A stretch of 64,000 nucleotides of DNA from Eledone cirrhosa (taxonomy: Eukaryota), in assembly GCA_964016885.1 (NCBI GenBank), contig OZ024740.1, positions 49,352,001-49,416,000 of the forward strand, read 5' to 3'. Position 1 is the stretch's first letter. Every line of letters starts with the position of its first letter. Made by a program: the position numbers and the translations under genes. Shown here in pieces: positions 38,651 through 52,756 of this stretch. Under the pieces are notes generated by a model. The model did not search any database. It was not told the origin of the DNA and saw only the letters and a program-made list of their open reading frames with translations.

Positions 38651-41159
38651 AGTCTATAATATAAAGGTAGTGGGACAAATTTTAAATTTTAAATTTTAAA
38701 TTTTAAACTGGGCCTGATAGAGGATTAAAATAATTAATGTCACTATTAAGTTATTAATAGTATCATCAAGTAATTAATTACTATTTATTATTTATTACTC
38801 ACTATTTACCATTCACTATTCGTTACCTATCTTTTATCCTTTATCTATTCAATACCTAATCATTCACTCATAAATTAATAAATAAATAAATAAATGAAAG
38901 AGTTAACTAACAAACGAACAAACAAACAAGCAGATAAACAAATAAACCAGTAAATAGATAAACAAGTAAATAAATAAATGGATAAATAAATAAATAAGTA
39001 AATAAAGTAACTAAATAAATAAATAAATAAATAAATAACTAAATAAATATACAAGTTAAATAGATAAATAAATCATAAACGTGTGCGTGCAGCAGTTCAT
39101 AACTGCACGTATGCAAACATGAGCAGGTATATACGTGAATTTGTGTGTGCGGCCACGGAACTTTACTCAGAGGCATACAACACAATATATAAGACCTGGA
39201 GGGGAGGAAAGAAGGTAATAATGAGAGATAGAGGGGAGGAAAGAGGGTAATAATGAGAGATGGAGGGACGGAAATGGGAAGGGGGGCTGGGGTGGGGTGG
39301 TGATATGAGGGCGGCCGGGGGGGGGTCTGTAGTTTTTGTAATTTGCATAGTTCTTGTTCATGCAATTAGGGGAGTGTTCCGAGATCTTGTTGAGGAGAGG
39401 GCCTTTGGCGAATAGAATCTCATAGCTCTCGGAGATACAGAGGCCACAGCTCCACCCCAGGCACATCTCCAGAACCACTAGCCGCTTCCGCGTGCGCTCC
39501 TCTCACCCCCAGCCCTGCCGTGTCTGGGGCCTGATTGGTTTGTCGGTGGGGTGTCCTCAATTTCAACGTATTGGCCTTGGCCATGTAGTCTGCCATGTTG
39601 GGTGCCGTGGAAAATGAGAACTCCACGGTGTGTCGCTTGAATATTTTGTGATACCTGTGTGAAGTCGGGAAACACTCGTCCAATGCCCTGAAGAAGGGAC
39701 CTGGCACGTTAGTGCGTACATGCTTTGAGTATGGTGCATTGAACCATGTTATGTTTCTAGATCTGTTTCTATTTCGTCATCAGCTACTAGTAGTGTGTGC
39801 AATGTCATGTTGTTCTCTCGGGTTACGCACTACTCCTATTTGATCCTCTATTCTATCCCTATGCTTAGAACTATTAGTTAAGTCTGTGGAAAGGCATTCA
39901 CTCGCTATGTTGTTCTGAACACGTTTACTAGACCTAGCTCTCGTCCCTGTCCTGCTACCCGAGTATCCTGCCGTATCATTGTTGATATTCTTAATCTTGG
40001 TGTTATCCCTATCGTGTTCAAAGTTCCGTGCTACGTTATCTACTTCACTATTTCTGGATACCCTGTCCGGGTCTTTGCTGCTACTACGGTTCAGTCCGTG
40101 TGTGCTGGGGTCCCTAGGGTTCCCGTGCGCCCTCTTCTGTCTATGCGTCGTGGTGCAATCACTGTCGTGTATAATACTGCTATCTATACCGTTATGTGTG
40201 TGCTTACGGGTAGATTGTCTGCCTATGTTATTACTAATGGTATCCGGGTGTTTGCGTTCCTCGCTATGCGGCCTGCCCTTGCCTGAGGTGTACACTATGG
40301 GTTCTGTGTAACCGGATCTGCACAATGCCTCGTTGTAGTAGTCGGTGTGCTGGTTGAACACGTCCGCGTTGGAGGACAATGTGGATACGCTAGTGGATAC
40401 CCCCTTTACTATAGCGTCTGTAACCGACTTGGGATGGTTTGAGTGCCTGTTTACGTACTGCAGGTTCTTGTTGGGCTTGTGATATGGTCGGTATAAGCCT
40501 GTATCCAGTCCTAAGGATACGTCTAGGAAGTTTACTGTCTTAGTGCTATTTTCTATTAGCACGGATAAGCCGTGCTGCTTAAAGAAATATGAGATGCGCT
40601 TCTGCATGCGCTCCAGCTGGATAGAGTTTAGTGAGCGGAAGGTAAATAGGGCGTCGTCTCTATATATCCCCCGCATATCCCTGGAATCTCCTCTGCTAAC
40701 CTATGGGGTAGATAAATTTCCAACAGGTCCGTCACCTGTGCGGAGTCGCTCGAGCCCATGGTGATGTCAAAATTATCGGGTCTGTCTCTCCTTTCCCATA
40801 GTCTACCGTCAAACCTAATAAGCGTCTTTCTAGCATGTATAATGATGTCCACTTCTCCTCTGGTTAGGTTGAACCTGGCCATAGCGCTCACGAGGGCCTT
40901 CTTTACAATTACTTGTGAGATGGAAGCGTAGTAATTTGCTATGTCCAGCTGCACGAAGTCCACTTGGTGTTTGGTGGGAAGCACTGCGAACCAGTCGATT
41001 ACCCCCTTAGTGGAAGTCCATAAGCTTAGTCTATTTCTATTCATAAGCGTGGACAGGATCCTATCTATTATATTCTTGCTGGCCCTACCTAGGTCCGAAT
41101 TGGAGGGTGCTTTTAGTCTAACCGGGAGGTTAGTCTTAAAGTCTAATTTATGATCCTAA

Positions 41160-41425
<266 letters not shown>

Positions 41426-41472
41426 AAATAAATTAAAATAAGTCAAATATTTAAAATTTGGCTTCGTTTATT

Positions 41473-41527
41473 ACTGCTATATATATTTCGGTGACAGCCA
41501 TCTTTGTCTGTGACCTCTTCAAGCAGT
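41473..41527 (-). ncRNA. Inverted partner hammerhead, core C3>U
   Basis: Reverse complement: actgc-TTGAAGA-...-GAAA-tatata-TA-gcagt. Confidence 0.65.
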
Positions 41528-41762
41528 CCGAATTAGTGTGGTAGAGACGAGTACACATGTTGTTGAGGTGTTTAACTTTGTCAATACTCTGATTTGCCCA
41601 GTTCCTGGTTGGGTTGTTGTTTCTATGAGGAACTGGAATCGTATGATATGATTCCAGTTCCTCATAGAAACAATAACCCAACCAGGAACTGGGCAAATCA
41701 GAGTATTGACAAAGTTAAACACCTCAACAACATGTGTACTCGTCTCTACCACACTAATTCGG

Positions 41763-41817
41763 ACTGCCTGAAGAGGTCACAGCCAAAGATGGCTGTCACC
41801 GAAATATATATAGCACT
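41763..41817 (+). ncRNA. Minimal type I hammerhead (palindromic stem III)
   Basis: actgc-CTGAAGA-ggtcacagcca aaga tggctgtcacc-GAAA-tatata-TA-gcact. Confidence 0.8.
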
Positions 41818-41964
41818 AATAAACAAAGCCAAATTTTAAATAATTGACTTATTTATTTTAATTTATTTTACATTACTCCGGAGTAACCAAACCAACCTGT
41901 GCACTTCGTCGAGTTCTCCAATCTGCATACTGAGGTGTCAGTAAACAACCAACCAACATATACT

Positions 41965-41999
<35 letters not shown>

Positions 42000-42159
42000 G
42001 ATTGGTGCTCTGAAATAGTGATGTATACATGAATGTATGTATAGTTTATTTGGTAATATACTGTATGTTTAATTAAAAACATTTTGAAGACCTTGCGCTA
42101 TTATTTTAAAGTAGTGACTATGTCACTTACTTCTTTTTTCAGTAAAGGAAGGGAGAGAA

Positions 42160-42199
42160 GCTGACAGATCTGTTTCACAATGTTGGTGTCCCCCAGAGA
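42160..42199 (-). ncRNA. Inverted partner hammerhead, core degenerate (CTGGGGG)
   Basis: Reverse complement: ct-CTGGGGG-acaccaacattgt-GAAA-cagatctg-TC-agc. Confidence 0.55.
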
Positions 42200-42451
42200 A
42201 ACGTACTCGCCGACCTCTGCCGAAAACTATAGAGGCTGGATTCTTATAGAATTCCAGTAATAATCAGGAACTGATTATACAGAGCGATTGCCGGTCCAGC
42301 AAAAATAAAAAATTAGGATTGGTGCTCTGAAATTTGGTAATATGTATTTTTATGGACCGGCAATCGCTCTGTATAATCAGTTCCTGATTATTACTGGAAT
42401 TCTATAAGAATCCAGCCTCTATAATTTTCGGCAGAGGTCGACGAGTACATT

Positions 42452-42492
42452 GCTCTGAGGAACACCAACAGTGTGAAACAGAATCTGTCAGC
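42452..42492 (+). ncRNA. Type I hammerhead ribozyme motif (GUC site)
   Basis: gct-CTGAGGA-acac caaca gtgt-GAAA-cag aat ctg-TC-agc. Confidence 0.8.
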
Positions 42493-42765
42493 TTCTCTCC
42501 CTTCCTTTGCTGAGAAAAGAAGTGACATAGTCACTACTTTAAAATAATAGCGCAAGGTCTTCAAAATGTTTTTAATTAAACATACAGTATATTACCAAAT
42601 ATACTATACATACATTTATATATATTTTAGTCCAGAATTAGCCGTCGAAACGGCTTGTACTCAGCCGTCGGGGTCCTACTCGTTCCTATTACCCACTCTA
42701 CTACCCTAAGTATTGAGTACTTTGGTGCGTTATGGTCCACCTGGTTCCTTACCACATTTCCTTCG

Positions 42766-42766
<1 letters not shown>

Positions 42767-42839
<73 letters not shown>

Positions 42840-42915
42840 GTATATATGTATATATATATGTATATATATATACATATATATATATATATACATATATATG
42901 TATACATATATATAT

Positions 42916-42948
<33 letters not shown>

Positions 42949-43003
42949 TATATATGTATACATATATATATACATATATACATATATATATATATACACA
43001 TAT
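42767..43003. repeat. (TA)n microsatellite
   Basis: Seen directly. Confidence 0.95.
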
Positions 43004-43134
43004 GCAAAAGTTTTATTTAAAATTGTTGGGTTACAACGAGTAAATATTTTATAACTGATATAAAAGCACTCAACAGTTTCTGGAGTAGGTTTACGATATT
43101 AAACAAATGGAAACTATATTTATAAAACCATATT

Positions 43135-43200
43135 TATTTCGTTATATATATTTCTGGGATATCATATAAAAAATATGGTATGCCTTCCTCAGACAAAATA
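43135..43200 (-). ncRNA. Inverted partner hammerhead, core intact
   Basis: Reverse-complement copy of 43,288-43,353. Confidence 0.75.
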
Positions 43201-43287
43201 CAATATATAAGCTGTATCAACTTTTTAAATGGAAGTTGCATTATTATAAGGTATGTCAAAATTATTTATAAAACAGCTTATGTATTG

Positions 43288-43353
43288 TATTTTGTCTGAG
43301 GAAGGCATACCATATTTTTAATATGATATCCCAGAAATATATATAACGAAATA
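43288..43353 (+). ncRNA. Minimal type I hammerhead
   Basis: tattttgt-CTGAGGA-aggcataccatat..atatgatatccca-GAAA-tatata-TA-acgaaata; 8-bp stem I. Confidence 0.75.
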
Positions 43354-43394
43354 AATATGGTTTTATAAATATAGTTTCCATTTGTTTAATATCG

Positions 43395-44476
<1,082 letters not shown>

Positions 44477-44582
44477 CATAGTGGACTGTTGAAGTGAACA
44501 GACGTGTTTTTATTGCTCTCTACCAAGCTACACAGCTTTAGAGCCTAACTGACCGTACATATATATTTATATATATTTGTAA

Positions 44583-45020
44583 CCACGTGCTTTTCCTACA
44601 AACTCGTAAGTACGTTTTCTTAACTACAGATTATTATATACACTCGTTTTTCTCTTAATATCTTCAAACAACCAAATAAGCAAAAACATTTAATATCCTC
44701 AAACAACCAAATAACCAAATCTCACATCCATAAAAGAGAATACATATACATATATACGCTACTTTAATATCTTCAAATAACCAAAGGCTCACTTACATAA
44801 GGAAAAAGTATATACAAATACACGTGCTTTTCCTAAAACTCGCAAGTACGTTTTATTAACTACAAATTATTATATACACTCGTTTTTCCTTGAATATCTT
44901 CAAACAAACAAACAACCAAAAACTATTAATACCCTCAAACAACCAAAACTCACATCCATAAGAGAGAATATATATATACACACTTCTTTAATTTCTTCAA
45001 ATAACCAAAGGCTCACTCAC
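44583..45020 (+). repeat. Imperfect ~238-bp direct repeat (2 copies)
   Basis: cacgtgcttttccta.aaactcg.aagtacgtttt at ~44,584 and 44,821. Confidence 0.85.
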
Positions 45021-45041
45021 TTATCAAATATAAAATATCAA

Positions 45042-45605
45042 ATATCTAAAAACAAGGAAAAAAAATATGTTACTGACCAGCAAGCCTACAACAGACGAAA
45101 TTGGTCTGATAATGAAATTGACCTCTTAATAAACACATGGTTTTCTCTGTCCCAAACAATAAACATTAACGCTTCGTGTTTGAATGAGATTGCTGAAAAA
45201 ACAGCTCAAACATTCACCACGAGGTCTGCTAAGCAGATACACAACAAACTAAAACAAGTCGAATTCTCTTTCAAACTAATTCAAAACCATTTTGAAAAAC
45301 TTCGACATATTTACTCCAATGGTCAAACACAACAACAGCCAGAAAATCAGGAGCCACTACCACCGCCTCCAGTACTGAATTCAAGCATAATAGCTGAGTT
45401 ACTGAACGACAGTATTCCTCCACCACTTTCTCAGCCATCATCATCGCCACCGTCATCATCTTCTGCCACATCAACTGCTAGTAATGGACCACTGCTTTCT
45501 CTCCCACCACTCTCACAGACTGCACCACAGCTGTCATCATCATCGTCACCACCACTGCCGCTATCGTATTCTACCATGTCAACTACTATCAATGAAAAAC
45601 CATAG
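45042..45605 (+). pseudogene. Myb/SANT-like (trihelix-type) DNA-binding domain ORF remnant with Pro/Ser-rich tail, probably transposon-derived
   Basis: The frame upstream of ORF 45180 reads RRNWSDNEIDLLINTW...LNEIAEK...RSAKQIHNKLKQVEFSFK; no ATG in this stretch. Confidence 0.55.
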
Positions 45606-45833
45606 CTTTCTTCCCCCACATCACCACCACAGTCATGCTGTAGTCAAAAGAACTTTAAAAAACACGCTGCCCACACGCATAAGTCGGAGTCCCAAAATCT
45701 GCCGACATTCCCAACGTGAGAGACTATGTCTGCTGACTGACTGTCTCTTCACTCATCTTCCTAGGACACAACGCACGAACAGAAAAGGGGCTCTATGCCA
45801 ACACACAAACCACAATAAAGCTATCCCCTGCTG

Positions 45834-46040
45834 CAGTAATGCTGCTCCAGTCTTCTCACAAAGACACGATTACAACAACAAAACAACAACAACAAGAGTA
45901 ATGCTGCTCCAGTCTTTTCACAAAGACACGATTACAACAAAAACAAATATAACAACAAAAACAACAACAACAACAAAAGTAATGCTGCTCCAGTCTTTTC
46001 ACAAAGACACAATTACAACAAATACAACAACAACAAAAGA
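45834..46040 (+). repeat. Three copies of agtaatgctgctccagtctt.tcacaaagacac with (CAA)n spacers
   Basis: Seen directly at ~45,835, ~45,897 and ~45,978. Confidence 0.85.
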
Positions 46041-46766
46041 GGGACCTGTAACCCTATCCAATGGTGTAACCACATATCCAATCAAAAACTGCTCCCTGAA
46101 CAAGAAATTTTTCTTTTTTAGCCATGAATCTGGCAAAAGAGATACAGAAAAACATTTTAGCCATCACCCAACACCATCCTTGCTGTCACTAACACACAAA
46201 CGTATGTTGCAAAATGTCAGTTACATTGAACTAAAAAAAAAAATAAAAAATTCAATCATGGCAGTTATTATATAAACTGAAGCTACAGGTGTGACATTAT
46301 ACTGCGACTAATAACTCAGGTATGTAAAATATTAGAGAGAAAATATCTTACAACTTTGAATATCCTGAGATATACTGAATACATTTATGGAAGCATAGAT
46401 TTATATTTAGCAGGATAAATATAAGAAAAGTACATTGAAAGGTGTATGTTTGGATTGTAATGTGACAGTGGCATATTTTGCAGAACTTATTACATCGAAA
46501 CCACTTCAAACATTCAGATATAAGCTCTGAACGTATTTCTCAGTTCATTGTAAAAATCATTTGTTACGTTTGAGTTAATATTATGTTGTACCCCCAAACT
46601 ACACGATATGTTTGTCATTGGAAAGAATGTGATTATTGAATCATTAAATCAATCATTTGATGCCATTAAGAAAACATTGATATTGTAGCTTTACTTGAAT
46701 AATGAAGAGTGAGTAATTTGGAAGAAGATTTTATAATTCTCCTCAACTGAAATAGCAAAAACAAAC

Positions 46767-46854
46767 TCTCGCGAGACGGATTCGAACCATCGACCTAAGG
46801 ATAACAGCCAAATACTACTACAGTCCTCCGCTCTACCAACTGAGCTATCGCGAG
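46767..46854 (-). tRNA. tRNA-Tyr-GTA: tRNA-Tyr(GTA) with variant 15-nt intron
   Basis: Exons identical to array copies; intron tagtatttggctgtt differs; T5 downstream on the minus strand. Confidence 0.94.
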
Positions 46855-47344
46855 GTGAGTAATACCCTCTAAAACATAATGCTACAATACCTGTCTTGTT
46901 TATCATATCAACTGACTGTGTCAACATTTCGTAACACACTCCTATAGTTTTGTCATACAACATGGTATTATCCCAAATGTTACGAATAGTTTAAAGTATC
47001 AACCTAACATTAGTTCAAATCTTATTTTCTCAATTATCACATTAAAGAAGTTGATTTAGTTTAGAAGAAATAAACATGTATAATTAAGTTTAGACTGATA
47101 CAGTGGTGTCATCAATTGTAGTTTAATACCATGAAAGTTTCTATTCTAAACATATTTCCGTCCTCTATCAAATATGAACCTACTTTAAATCATTGAAACA
47201 TTGATATATTTCTCTGTACAGAAATGAAATATCTACTGATTTCATGTCTATGTGAGTCACTGTAAAGTATGTTGTTATTGAATCGGTGGCATAGTCATAA
47301 AAAAGACAGGCATTGCAGCTTTATTTTTGACTACTTCGAGACAT

Positions 47345-47432
47345 CTTGCGATAGCTCAGTTGGTAGAGCGGAGGACTGTAGTAGTATTTATCTGTTATCC
47401 TTAGGTCGATGGTTCGAATTCGTCTCGCGAGA
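47345..47432 (+). tRNA. tRNA-Tyr-GTA: tRNA-Tyr(GTA), near-intact variant
   Basis: CTTGCGA start (U.G pair); B box GGTTCGAATTC has C61>T; possibly non-functional. Confidence 0.6.
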
Positions 47433-48038
47433 CTTTGTTTTTGCTATTTCATTTCAGGAAAACCATGAAATCTTCCAAATTACTCAGTCTCAATTATTCT
47501 CTCCTCCGTTTTAAAATAGCAATATTTTATTGCAAGTTCATCATGCAGTCATCTTTCAAATTATTCACACTTTAATATTCATGTTTCCATGTTGAAATAA
47601 CAATGTTTTATATTAATTAAATGCTGTAAACAATCTGATCACATAAATTCCACTCAACACAATTATATTTATATTTACATGTCGTATTGCTAGAACGGAT
47701 AGTGGAGGGGAAATGTATTTAGAACAGAAACCGTCATGGTATTTAACTACGGTTGATGACACCTCTGTAGCAGTCCAGACGAAGTTAATTTAATACATCA
47801 ACGGTATTAAAATAATATTTATTTCTTCTAAACTAAATCGACTTCTTTAATGTAATAACTGAGAAAATATTATTTGAACTAATGCCGGGGTAATACTTTA
47901 AAATATTCGTAACATTTGGGATAATACCATGTTGTATGACCAAACTATAGGAGGCGTGTGTTTTGAAATGGTGACAGTCAGTTGACATGATAAACAAGAC
48001 AGCTATTATAGAATTATTTTTGGAGGGGCATTAGGCAC

Positions 48039-48129
48039 CTTGTGATAGCTCAGGTAGCAGAGCGGAGGACTGTAGTAGTATTATTTACCAGTTATCCTTA
48101 GGTCGATGGTTCGAATACGTCTCGTGAGA
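48039..48129 (+). pseudogene. tRNA-Tyr pseudogene with 18-nt intron
   Basis: D-loop GG lost (caggtagcagagc); B box gttcgaatac. Confidence 0.8.
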
Positions 48130-48829
48130 TTTGTTTAGGCAATTTCGTTTCAGGTAAATCATGAAATCGTCTTCCAAATTACTCACAGTCCAGATTCCAG
48201 TTTTCATCTTAAAATAAATAACAATCTCTTAAATTCATTAAGTTCTGTCATTAATCTTCCCACATAAAATCATCCTCCAAATTACAGATACTCCAATATT
48301 TCATTTATACCTTCTAAAATAATTACCTCTTTAATAATAAGTCTAACATGCTGCTCACATAAATTCCACTCAACACAATTATATTTATCTTTACAAATTC
48401 TCCACTACATTATTTCATACATTTCCATACATATCAACCCCTGGCAAATTTATTTGTTCTTTAGTCTGAGTTTCTGAGGAATACACTTCATTCTGCAAAT
48501 TACTTGATATAGTAAATAATTACTATCACCAAGTCAATGAACGGCACACCGTTTACTTAATCACATAGCACAAAGAAGGTTATAAACTATACTAACACTA
48601 GTCCAAATCCGCTACTTCTCAACTGTGTTCTTAGATTATGCAAATCTGTAAGATCATCGCGTACGACCTTTTTACAGTATTTATGTTACATATCAAAGTT
48701 GTACTCATCAGTATTATTTTAACGCCTAAATTAATAGGCGCAACGCGATACCTCCATTCTTCCTGCTAGGACCAGGAGGAGGCGGTCAACGCCTGGTATC
48801 TAGCACAACAGACAACACTCCAATACACC

Positions 48830-50690
48830 GTCTTTCCAATGACAAACATATCATGTAGTTTGGACGTACAACATAAAATTAGCTAAAAACTGACAAATGA
48901 TTTTTATAATTAAGCGAGAAATACGTTCAGAGCTTATATCTGAATGTTTGAAGTGTTTTCGATGTAATAAGTTCAGCAAAATATGCCACTGTTACATTAC
49001 AATTCCAAACATACACCTTTCAATGTTCTTTTCTTATATTTATCCTGCTAAATATAAATCTATGCTTCCATAAATGTATTCAGTATATCTCAGGATATTC
49101 AAAGTTGAAAGGTATTTTCTACCTGATATATATTTTACATATCTGAGTTATTAGTCTCAGTATAATGTCACACCTGTAGCTACAGTTTACATAATAATTG
49201 CCATAATTCAATTAGTTTGTATAATGTATCTGATATGTTTCAGCATACGTTTATTTACATGTCTTTGTATCAATTTCAATATTATATAAAACCTGGTATC
49301 AAATGTAAATCACTAGTATATAAAATCAGTCGATGTTTCATATTTATACAGAGAAATATATTGATGTTTCAATGATTTAAAGACAATGGCTCCATATTTG
49401 TTAGGAAACGGTAGGATATTTTGAACAGGAAGTTTCATCCTATTTAACTGCAATTGATGGTACCACCATATACACTATCAGTTCAGACCGTGTGTTAAAG
49501 TCAATTTTTAAATTAATAAGTCGACTACATTAGAATGTCTTTGCGCTGAATATAATAAATGTCACAATAAAAAATATTTATTTATGACATCAAATGATTC
49601 AATTATTCAATATTCACTTTCTTCACAGTGGTATTAGCTCAAAACAGACTATACCATTCCATTAGTAACCAACATTTTATTGAAGACTTCTGAATGTTTG
49701 GAATGGTTGCTTTATAACAAATAAAACACGCCTATCCTAATATCACATTAAGGAGATTGCCTCCATTTCGAAGACATTACATTTTGTAATATTTAATGAA
49801 CCGAAAGAGAACGGGAATATCTTACAATCTTGTATATCTTGAGATACATTGATTACATCTATGGAAGTATATCAGCCTCAGTCATATTTAGAAGAATAAA
49901 TGTAAAGATAACAAAATTTAGAGGTTGGAGGTTTGGGGTTGTTACAATATTAAGTAAAAAAATATTTTGTCTTACTGAGCAAGATTCTGGAATGAGTCAG
50001 CCTTTCATTGAGTTGATGATTCTTACTAATATCTGAATATATTTAAAAAATGACATGTATACCACATTTATTGAAAGAATAGATTTGTTAGGTAGAGGTA
50101 TGTGTAAATATTAACAGTGTGGAATATACAATTGTGTTGAGTGACATTTACAGTAACAACATGTTGACAGTAGCTGGCAAAAGAGATTAGTACTTTAAAA
50201 ACACAAATAGAAATATTGGGGTGTTTGTTGTTTGGGAGATGATTTCATGATTTATATAGCATAATGATTAAAACATAAAATCCCTATCCGCGAGACGGAT
50301 TTAAACCATCAAGCTAATGTCAACATAAACACTACTACTGTGGTCGAGTCTACCAATTGAACTATCCCAAGCTCCTTAAAATACCCTTACAAATAATTGT
50401 TTCTACTTTGGCACAAGGCCAGCAATTATCCAGTGCATTACTGGTACTTTATTTTATCGGCCCCGTAAGGATGAAAGGCAAAGTTAACCTCGGCGGGATT
50501 TGAACTAAGACCGTAACGGGACGTAACTATGCTGGAAAGCATGGCGTCCGACTCTCTGCCGATACTGCTAATCCACGTACAAAAAACCAATGTATTGTTT
50601 ATGACGTCATTATTGATTCACTATTCAGATTCATTTAAATGTGTAGTTAGTCGTGTGAAGACGTTTTCATAGAAAAATACAACCCTCGCG
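48830..50690 (-). repeat. Inverted, diverged copy of array-unit sequence
   Basis: Reverse complement of unit segments ~1,260-1,640, ~1-760 and ~4,620-4,999; a second inverted block lies at ~52,757-53,465. Confidence 0.85.
50394..50577 (-). mobile_element. Same SINE family, near full length
   Basis: Reverse complement of the 26,724 element, inserted into the tRNA 5' flank. Confidence 0.85.
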
Positions 50691-50771
50691 AGACGGATTC
50701 GAACCATCGACCTAAGGATTAGAGGTAAATACTACTACAGTCAACTGCCTTACCATCTGAGCTACGGTGAG
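50684..50771 (-). pseudogene. Degenerate tRNA-Tyr
   Basis: Intact 3' half; decayed D and anticodon arms. Confidence 0.75.
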
Positions 50772-51334
50772 TTACTAGGCGTCCTACCAAGAATAATGCT
50801 ACAATACCTATGTCTTGTTTATGAAGTCAACTGACTGTGCCACCGATTCAATAACAACATACTTTACAATAACCCACATTTCGTGTAGTTTGGTCATCCA
50901 GCTTGATATAAGATCGAAAATGACCAATGCTTTTTACTAAGAACCCGAAAACTGGTCGAAGAATAACTTTCTTTGTGTGTGAAATGGTTACCTAACAGCT
51001 GTCATGCTTGAATTGCTTTGTACTGTTTATCTGACATGTTTCAGATTTACACGTTAGAATGATTAAAATAAAATACAATTCTCCTTAGAAGGATTTGTAT
51101 TGTCGACTTAAAGACAACAGGTAAACATTTCTATAGACATTTGATCTCAGAATGGAACATGTAATGATAAGTAAAATTGTGTTCGGTGGAGATTATGTGG
51201 GGAGATTGTTGGCTGAAAGTAATTAATTTAAAAGATTGTTATTTTAAAATGGAAACTGAAATACTGGACTGTGAGGAATTTGGAAGACGATTTCATGACC
51301 CCCACCCCAAAAAAATGAAATAGCAAAAACTAGG

Positions 51335-51418
51335 TCTCGCGGGACGGATTCGAACCATAGGATAACAGGTAGATATTACAACTACAGTCCTCCGCTCTAC
51401 CAACTGAGCTATCACGAG
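51335..51418 (-). pseudogene. tRNA-Tyr pseudogene with variable-loop deletion
   Basis: ggattcgaaccat|aggataacagg...ctacagtcctccgctctaccaactgagctatcacgag. Confidence 0.8.
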
Positions 51419-51677
51419 GACTATGCCGTTCTATTAAAAATAATGCTACAATACCTATGTCTAGTTTATCATATCAACTGACTGTGTCAACATTTCATAA
51501 CGCACTCCTCTTATAGTTTTGTCGTACAACATGGTATTATCCCAAATGTTACGAATAGTTTAAAGTATCAACCTAACATTAGTCCAAATCTTATTTTCCC
51601 AATTATTACATTAAAGAATAATACCGTTGACTCTCGTTAATATTGAAACATCTCTATATTTCTCTGTATAGAAATAT

Positions 51678-51778
51678 AATTGTTTCTACTTTTGGCACTA
51701 ATTACATTCAGTGCATTACTGGTACTTTATTTTATCGACCCCGTAAGGAAGAAAGGCAAAGTTAACCTCGGCGGGATT
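51678..51778 (-). mobile_element. Same SINE family, 5'-truncated
   Basis: aattgtttctacttttggcac...ttatcgaccccgtaaggaagaaaggcaaagttaacctcggcgggatt. Confidence 0.8.
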
Positions 51779-52676
51779 AGTAACTACATTGAAACTGTAG
51801 CGAAAAAACTATTGACTCGTTAATCTTGAAACATCACTATATTTAACTGTATAGAAATATAATATCTACTGATATATAGTAGTAAATACAAATGAAGCCG
51901 TTGACTCGTTAAAATTGAAAATTTATTTTAACATATGTAAAATTAATCTGGATTAATAATGTATATAGATGTGTCATCAATTGAAGTAAATACGAGGAAA
52001 TTTCGTGCTTAAAACATCCTAGCGTCTCCTAACAAATATGAATGTATTGTTATATAATTCTTTGAATACATTGTACAAACTAATTCAATTATGGAAATCA
52101 TGTAATCTGTAGCTACAGCTGTGATATTATACTGCGACTAATAACTCAGGTATGTAAAATATCAGAGAGAAAATACCTTACAACTTTGAATATCCTGAGA
52201 TATACTGAATACATTTATGGAAGTATAGATTTATATTATTTAGCAGGATAAATATAAGAAAAGAACATTGAAAGGTGTATGTTTGGAATTGTAATGTGAC
52301 AGTGGCATATTTTACTGAACTTATTACATCGAAAACGCTTCAAACATTCAGATATTAGTTCTGAACGTATTTCTCAGTTCATTGTAAAAATCATTTGTCA
52401 TGTTTGAGCTAATCTTATGTTGTACCTCCAAACTACACAATATGTTTATAATTTATTTATTTCTTCGAAGCTAAATCGACTTCTTTAATGTAATAACTGG
52501 GAAAATATTATTTGAACTAATGTCGGGGTAATACTTTAAAATATTCGTAACATTTGGGATAATACCATGTTGTACAACCAAACTATAGGAAGCGTGTGTT
52601 TTGAAATGTTGACAGTCAGTTGACATGATAAACAAGACAGCTTTTATAACATTATTTATAGAGAGATAGTAGGCAC

Positions 52677-52756
52677 CCCGTGATAGCTCAGTTGGTAGAG
52701 CTGTATTAGTATTATTTACCAGTTATTCTTAGGTCGATGGTTCAAATCCGTCTCGC
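52677..52756 (+). pseudogene. tRNA-Tyr pseudogene lacking the 5' strand of the anticodon stem
   Basis: gatagctcagttggtagagc|tgtattagtatt...cttaggtcgatggttcaaatccgtctcgc. Confidence 0.75.

Larger units (their letters stand above)
37207..41150 (-). mobile_element. Penelope-like element B (RT, low-complexity linker, partly deleted EN, long microsatellite-filled 3' region ending in a hammerhead)
   Basis: FVQLDIANYYASI, MGSSDSAQVTDL, GIYRDDAL, FLDVSL, YVNRHSNHP, WFNAPY; EN C-terminus LCISESYEILFAKGPLLNKISEHSPNC. The 3' extent is inferred from homology with element C. Confidence 0.85.
41997..42624. mobile_element. ~315-bp hammerhead-bearing unit plus inverted copy (arms 42,025-42,298 / 42,353-42,624)
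   Basis: The unit start taggattggtgctctgaaat restarts at 42,314 before the inversion; same family as 62,710-63,148. Confidence 0.85.

Noticed and set aside
34993-41150. Selenoprotein-encoding Naiad-type Penelope
   Set aside because: The endonuclease here is C-terminal to the RT, and I saw no conserved in-frame TGA or SECIS; clade assignment needs an RT phylogeny.
45484-46275. 263-aa ORF as a real gene
   Set aside because: His/Thr-rich read-through of low-complexity and (CAA) repeats; no recognisable domain.
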